From: the human T2T-CHM13v2.0 reference genome, Homo sapiens
Length of the DNA: 64,000 nt
Direction: 5' to 3' (one strand)
NCBI RefSeq assembly: GCF_009914755.1
Contig: NC_060927.1
Numbering within the stretch: position 1 is the stretch's first letter; every line of letters starts with the position of its first letter. The position numbers and the translations under genes are program-made. Under the pieces are notes generated by a model. It was not told the DNA's origin, did no database searches, and was given only the letters and a program-made list of their open reading frames with translations. Of this stretch, positions 57,258 to 64,000 are shown piece by piece.

Positions 57258-60200
57258 ATGAAATATCAAAGTTCACAAACTATATATTATGTACTGTACA
57301 TAAAATATCAAACTACCCAAGGTATATATTCTATACTGTACAAAAAATATCAAAGTACCCAAAGCATGTATTATATAATGTACATAAAATATCAAAGTAC
57401 ATCAAATATATATTTTATTCTGTACATAAAATATCAAAGAACACCAGATATATATTCTATAGTGTACATAAAATATCAAAGTACCCAAACTATACATTAT
57501 ATACTGTACATAAAATATGAAATTACATCAAATATATATTATATTAGGTACATAAAATATGAAAGTACATCAAATATAGATTATATACTGTAAATATAAT
57601 ATCAATGTACCCCAAATATATATTTTATACTCTACATGAAATATCAAAGTTCACAAACCATATATTATATACTGTACATAAAATATCAAAGTACCCAAGG
57701 TATATATTCTATACTGTACAAAAAATATCAAAGTACCCAAAGCATGTATTATATACTGTATATAAAATATGAAAGTACATCAAATATATATTTTATTCTG
57801 TACATAAAATATCAAAGTACACCAGATATATATTCTATAGTGTACATAAAATAACAAAGTACACAAACTATAAATTATATCCTGTACATAAAATATGAAA
57901 TTACATCAAATATATATTAGGTACATAAAATATGAAAGTACATCAAATATAGATTATATACTGTACATTAAGTACCAAAGTACACCAAATATATATTTTA
58001 TTCTGTACATAAAATATCAAAGTACACCAGATATATATTCTATAGTGTACATAAAATATCAAAGTACCCAAACTATACATTATATACTGTACATAAAATA
58101 TGAAATTACATCAAATATATATTATATTAGGTAAATGAAATATGAAAGTACATCAAATATAGATTATATACTGTACATAAAATATCAAAGTACCCCAAAT
58201 ATATATTATATACTGTACATGAAATATCAAAGTTCACAAACTATATATTATGTACTGTACATAAAATATCAAAGTACCCAAGGTATATATTCTATACTGT
58301 ACAAAAAATATCAAAGTACCCAAAGCATGTATTATATAATGTACATAAAATATGAAAGTACATCAAATATATATTTTATTCTGTACATAAAATATCAAAG
58401 AACACCAGATATATATTCTATAGTGTACATAAAATATCAAAGTACCCAAACTATACATTATATACTGTACATAAAATATGAAATTACATCATATATATAT
58501 TAGGTACATAAAATATGAAAGTACATCAAATATATATTTTATTCTGTACATAAAATATCAAAGTACACCAGATATATATTCTATAGTGTACATAAAATAA
58601 CAAAGTACACAAACTATAAATTATATACTGTACATAAAATATGAAATTACATCAAATATATATTAGGTACATAAAATATGAAAGTACATCAAATATAGAT
58701 TATATACTGTACATATAATATCAATGTACCCGAAATATATATTTTATACTCTACATGAAATATCAAAGTTCACAAACCATATATTGTATACTGCACATAA
58801 AATATCAAAATACCCAAGGTATATATTCTATACTGTACAAAAAATATCAAAGTACCCAAAGCAGGTATTATATACTGTACATAAAATATGAAAGTACATC
58901 AAATATATATTTTATTCTGTACATAAAATATCAAAGTACACCAGATATATATTCTATAGCGTACATAAAATATCAAAGTACACAAACTATACATTATATA
59001 CTGTACATAAAATATGAAATTACATCAAATATATATTATATTAGGTACATAAAAGATGAAAGTACATCAAATATAGATTATATACTGTAAATATAATATC
59101 AATGTACCCCAAATATATATTTTATACTCTACATGAAATATCAAAGTTCACAAACCATATATTATATACTGTACATAAAATATCAAAGTACCCAAGGTAT
59201 ATATTCTATACTGTACAAAAAATATCAAAGTATCCAAAGCATGTATTATATACTGTATATAAAATATGAAAGTACATCAAATATATATTTTATTCTGTAT
59301 ATAAAATATCAAAGTACACCAGATATATATTCTATAGCGTACATAAAATATCAAAGTACACAAACTATACATTATATACTGTACATAAAATATGAAATTA
59401 CATCAAATATATATTATATTAGGTACATAAAATATGAAAGTACATCAAATATAGATTATATACTGTAAATATAATATCAATGTACCCAAATATATATTAT
59501 ATACTCTACATGAAATATCAAAGTTCACAAACCATATATTATATACTGTACATAAAATATCAAAGTACCCAAGGTATATATTCTATACTGTACAAAAAAT
59601 ATCAAAGTACCCAAAGCATGTATTATATACTGTACATAAAATATGAAAGTACATCAAATATATATTTTATTCTGTACATAAAATATCAAAGTACACCAGA
59701 TATATATTCTATAGTGTACATAAAATATCAAAGTACCCAAACTATACATTATATACTGTACATAAAATATGAAATTACATCAAATATATATTATATTAGG
59801 TAAATGAAATATGAAAGTACATCAAATATAGATTATATACTGTACATAAAATATGAAAGTACCCCAAATATATATTATATACTCTACATGAAATATCAAA
59901 GTTCACAAACTATATATTATATACTGTACATAAAATATCAAAGTACCCAAGGTATATATTCTATACTGTACAAAAAATATCAAAGTATCCAAAGCATGTA
60001 TTATATACTGTATATAAAATATGAAAGTACATCAAATATATATTTTATTCTGTACATAAAATATCAAAGTACACCAGATATATATTCTATAGTGTACATA
60101 AAATATCAAAGTACCCAAACTATACATTATATACTGTACATAAAATATGAAATTACAGCAAATATATATTATATTAGGTACATAAAATATGAAAGTATAT

Positions 60201-63200
60201 CAAATATAGATTATATACTCTACATTAAATACCAAAGTACCCCAAATATATATTTTATACTGTACATGAAATATCAAAGTTCACAAACTATATATTATAT
60301 ACTGTACATAAAATATCAATGTACCCAAGGTATATATTCTATACTGCACAAAAAATATCAAAGTACCCAAAGCATGTATTATATACTGTATATAAAATAT
60401 GAAAGTACATCAAATATATATTTTATTCTGTACATAAAATATCAAAGTACACCAGATATATATTCTATAGTGTACATAAAATATCAAAGTACCCAAACTA
60501 TACATTATATACTGTACATAAAATATGAAATTACATCAAATATATATTATATTAGGTACTTAAAATACGAAAGTACATCAAATATAGATTATATACTGTA
60601 CATAAAATATGAAAGTACCCCAATATATATTATATACTCTACATGAAATATCAAAGTTCACAAACTATATATTATGTACTGTACATAAAATGTCAAACTA
60701 CCCAAGGTATATATTCTATACTGTACAAAAAATATCAAAGTACCCAAAGCATGTATTATATAATGTACATAAAATATGAAAGTACATCAAATATATATTT
60801 TATTCTGTACATAAAATATCAAAGAACACCAGATATATATTCTATAGTGTACATAAAATATCAAAGTACCCAAACTATACATTATATACTGTACATAAAA
60901 TATGAAATTACATCATATATATATTAGGTACATAAAATATGAAAGTACATCAAATATATATTTTATTCTGTACATAAAATATCAAAGTACACCAGATATA
61001 TATTCTATAGTGTACATAAAATAACAAAGTACACAAACTATAAAATATGTACTGTACATAAAATATGAAATTACATCAAATATATATTAGGTACATAAAA
61101 TATGAAAGTACATCAAATATAGATTATATACTGTACATATAATATCAATGTACCCGAAATATATATTTTATACTCTACATGAAATATCAAAGTTCACAAA
61201 CCATATATTGTATACTGCACATAAAATATCAAAATACACAAGGTATATATTCTATACTGCACAAAAAATATCAAAGTACCCAAAGCATGTATTATATACT
61301 GTATATAAAATATGAAAGTACATCAAATATATATTTTATTCTGTACATAAAATATCAAAGTACACCAGATATATATTCTATAGTGTACATAAAATATCAA
61401 AGTACCCAAACTATACATTATATACTGTACATAAATATGAAATTACATCAAATATATATTATGTTAGGTACATAAAATATGAAAGTACATGAAGTATAGA
61501 TTATATACTGTAGATAAAATATCAAAGTACCCCAAATTTATATTATATACTATACATGAAATATCAAAGTTCACAAACTATATATTATATACTGTACATA
61601 AAATATCAAAGTACCCAAGGTATATATTCTATAGTGTACAAAAAATATCAAAGTACCCAAAGCATGTATTATATACCGTACATAAAATATAAAATTACAT
61701 CAAATATATATTTTATTCTGTACATAAAATATCAAAGTACACCAGATATATATACTATAGTGTACATAAAATATCAAAGTACCCAAACTATACATTATAC
61801 ACTGTACATAAAATATGAAATTACATCAAATATATATTAGGTACATAAAATATGAAAGTACATCAAATATAGATTATATACTGTAAATATAATATCAATG
61901 TACCCCAAATATATATTTTATACTCTACATGAAATATCAAAGTTCACAAACCATATATTATATACTGTACATAAAATATCAAAGTACCCAAGGTATATAT
62001 TCTATACTGAACAAAAAATATCAAAGTACCCAAAGCATGTATTATATACTGTACATAAAATATGAAAGTATATCAAATATATATTTTATTCTGTACATAA
62101 AATATCAAAGTACACCAGATATATATTCTATAGTGTACATAAAATATCAAAGTACCCAAACTATACATTATATACTGTACATAAAATATGAAATTACATC
62201 AAATATATATTAGGTACATAAAATATGAAAGAACATCAAACATAGATTATATACTGTACAAAAAATATCAAAGTACCCCAAATATATATTATATACTCTA
62301 CATGAAATATCAAATTTCACAAACTATATATTATATACTGTACATAAAATATCAAAGTACCCAAGGTATATATTCTATACTGTACAAAAAATATCAAAGT
62401 ACCCAAAGCATGTATTATATACTGTATATAAAATATGAAAGTACATCAAATATATATTTTATTCTGTACATAAAATATCAAAGTACACCAGATATATATT
62501 CTATAGTGTACATAAAATAACAAAGTACACAAACTATAAATTATATACTGTACATAAAATATGAAATTACATCAAATATATATTAGGTACATAAAATATG
62601 AAAGTACATCAAATATAGATTATATACTGTACATATAATATCAATGTACCCGAAATATATATTTTATACTCTACATGAAATATCAAAGTTCACAAACCAT
62701 ATATTATATACTGTGCATAAAATATCAAAGTACCCAAGGTATATATTCTATACTGTACAAAAAATATCAAAGTACCCAAAGCATGTATTATATACTGTAC
62801 ATAAAATATGAAATTACATCAAATATATATTTTATTCTGTACATAAAATATCAAAGTACACCAGATATATATTCTATAGTGTACATAAAATATCAAAGTA
62901 CCCAAACTATACATTATATACTGTACATAAAATGTGAAATTACATCAAATATATATTATATTAGGTACATAAAATATGAAAGTACATCAAATATAGATTA
63001 TATACTGTACATTAAATACCAATATACCCCAAATATATATTTTATACTGTACATGAAATATCAAAGTTCACACACTATATATTATATATTGTACATAAAA
63101 TATCAAAGTACCCAAGGTATATATTCTATACTGTACAAAAAACATCAAAGTACCCAAAGCATGTATTATATACTGTACATAAAATATGAAAGTACATCAA

Positions 63201-64000
63201 ATATATATTTTATTCTGTACATAAAATATCAAAGTACACCAGATATATATTCTATAGTGTACATAAAATATCAAAGTACCCAAACTATACATTATATACT
63301 GTACATAAAATATGAAATTACATCAAATATATATTATATTAGGTACATAAAATAAGAAAGTACATCAAATATAGATTATATACTGTACATAAAATATCAA
63401 AGTACCCCAAATATATATTATATACTCTACATGAAATATCAAAGTTCACAAACTATATATTATATACTGTATATAAAATATCAAAGTACCCAAGGTATAT
63501 ATTCTATACTGTACAAAAAATATCAAAGTATCCAAAGCATGTTTTATATACTGTATATAAAATATGAAAGTACATTAAAGATATATTTTATTCTGTACAT
63601 AAAATATCAAAATACACCAGACATATATTCTATAGTGTACATAAAATAACAAAGTACACAAATTATAAATTATATACTGTACATAAAATATGAAATTACA
63701 TCAAATATATATTAGGTACATAAAATATGAAAGTACATCAAATATAGATTATATACTGTACATATAATATCAATGTACCCCAAATATATATTTTATACTC
63801 TACATGAAATATCAAAGTTCACAAACCATACATTATATACTGTACATAAAATATCAAAGTACCCAAGTTATATATTCTATACTGTACAAAAGATATCAAA
63901 GTACCCAAAGCATGTATTATATACTGTGTATAAAATATGAAAGTACATCAAATATATATTATATACTGTACATAAAATATCAAAGTACACCAGATATATA

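Larger units (their letters stand above)
1..64000 (+). repeat. Human satellite 1A (HSat1A / SAR / classical Satellite I) tandem array, 42-bp monomer
   Basis: Seen: continuous 42-bp periodicity (14-aa periodicity in the ORF track, e.g. KYQSTQTIHYILYI), very high A+T and very few CpG. Two GTAC (RsaI) sites per monomer give 17-bp (ACATAAAATATCAAAGT) and 25-bp (ACCCAAACTATATATTATATACTGT) subunits. Established: Satellite I/HSat1A is defined by a 42-bp unit of alternating 17- and 25-bp RsaI fragments. The array runs off both window ends. Confidence 0.96.

Noticed and set aside
1-64000. CRISPR-like array (constant TGTACATAAAATAT plus variable segment)
   Set aside because: The variable parts are homologous to each other and cycle with period 9 rather than being unique spacers. 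There are no cas genes or leader.
1-64000. TATA-box-like and polyadenylation-like AT motifs as regulatory sites
   Set aside because: TATA-like words occur in every monomer as a result of composition, and nothing singles out a functional site.
1-64000. Alpha satellite, HSat2/3, HSat1B or telomeric repeat; assignment to a specific chromosome
   Set aside because: There is no 171-bp period, no CATTC pentamers, no Alu-containing ~2.4-kb unit and no TTAGGG. Chromosome and exact species cannot be determined without mapping.
1-64000. A previously undescribed enzymatic, defence or mobile-element system
   Set aside because: There is no coding or unique sequence to support one. The only structure is hierarchical satellite organisation.

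Overview
The whole 64 kb window is one uninterrupted, single-orientation, extremely AT-rich tandem satellite array. The monomer is 42 bp (consensus approx. TGTACATAAAATATCAAAGTACCCAAACTATATATTATATAC) and carries two GTAC sites that cut it into 17 + 25 bp pieces. Nine distinct monomer types form a 378-bp higher-order unit. These properties match human satellite 1A (HSat1A / SAR, classical Satellite I) of pericentromeric and acrocentric heterochromatin. I see no genes, RNA genes, transposons, CRISPR array or unique sequence. All listed ORFs are artefacts of a 42-bp (14-codon) repeat with one nearly stop-free frame. I found no novel gene system. What is interesting is the layered repeat architecture, which I reconstructed by hand from ORF-start spacings and diagnostic variants. 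It includes variant units (6-, 8-, 13- and 14-mers, plus 373/377-bp indel forms), a 6,770-bp super-repeat of exactly 162 monomers, ~30.3-kb and ~47-kb-offset segmental copies, a displaced ~1-kb block, local tandem duplications (378, 1,128, 1,291 and 3,002 bp) and chimeric units. Block boundaries are approximate.
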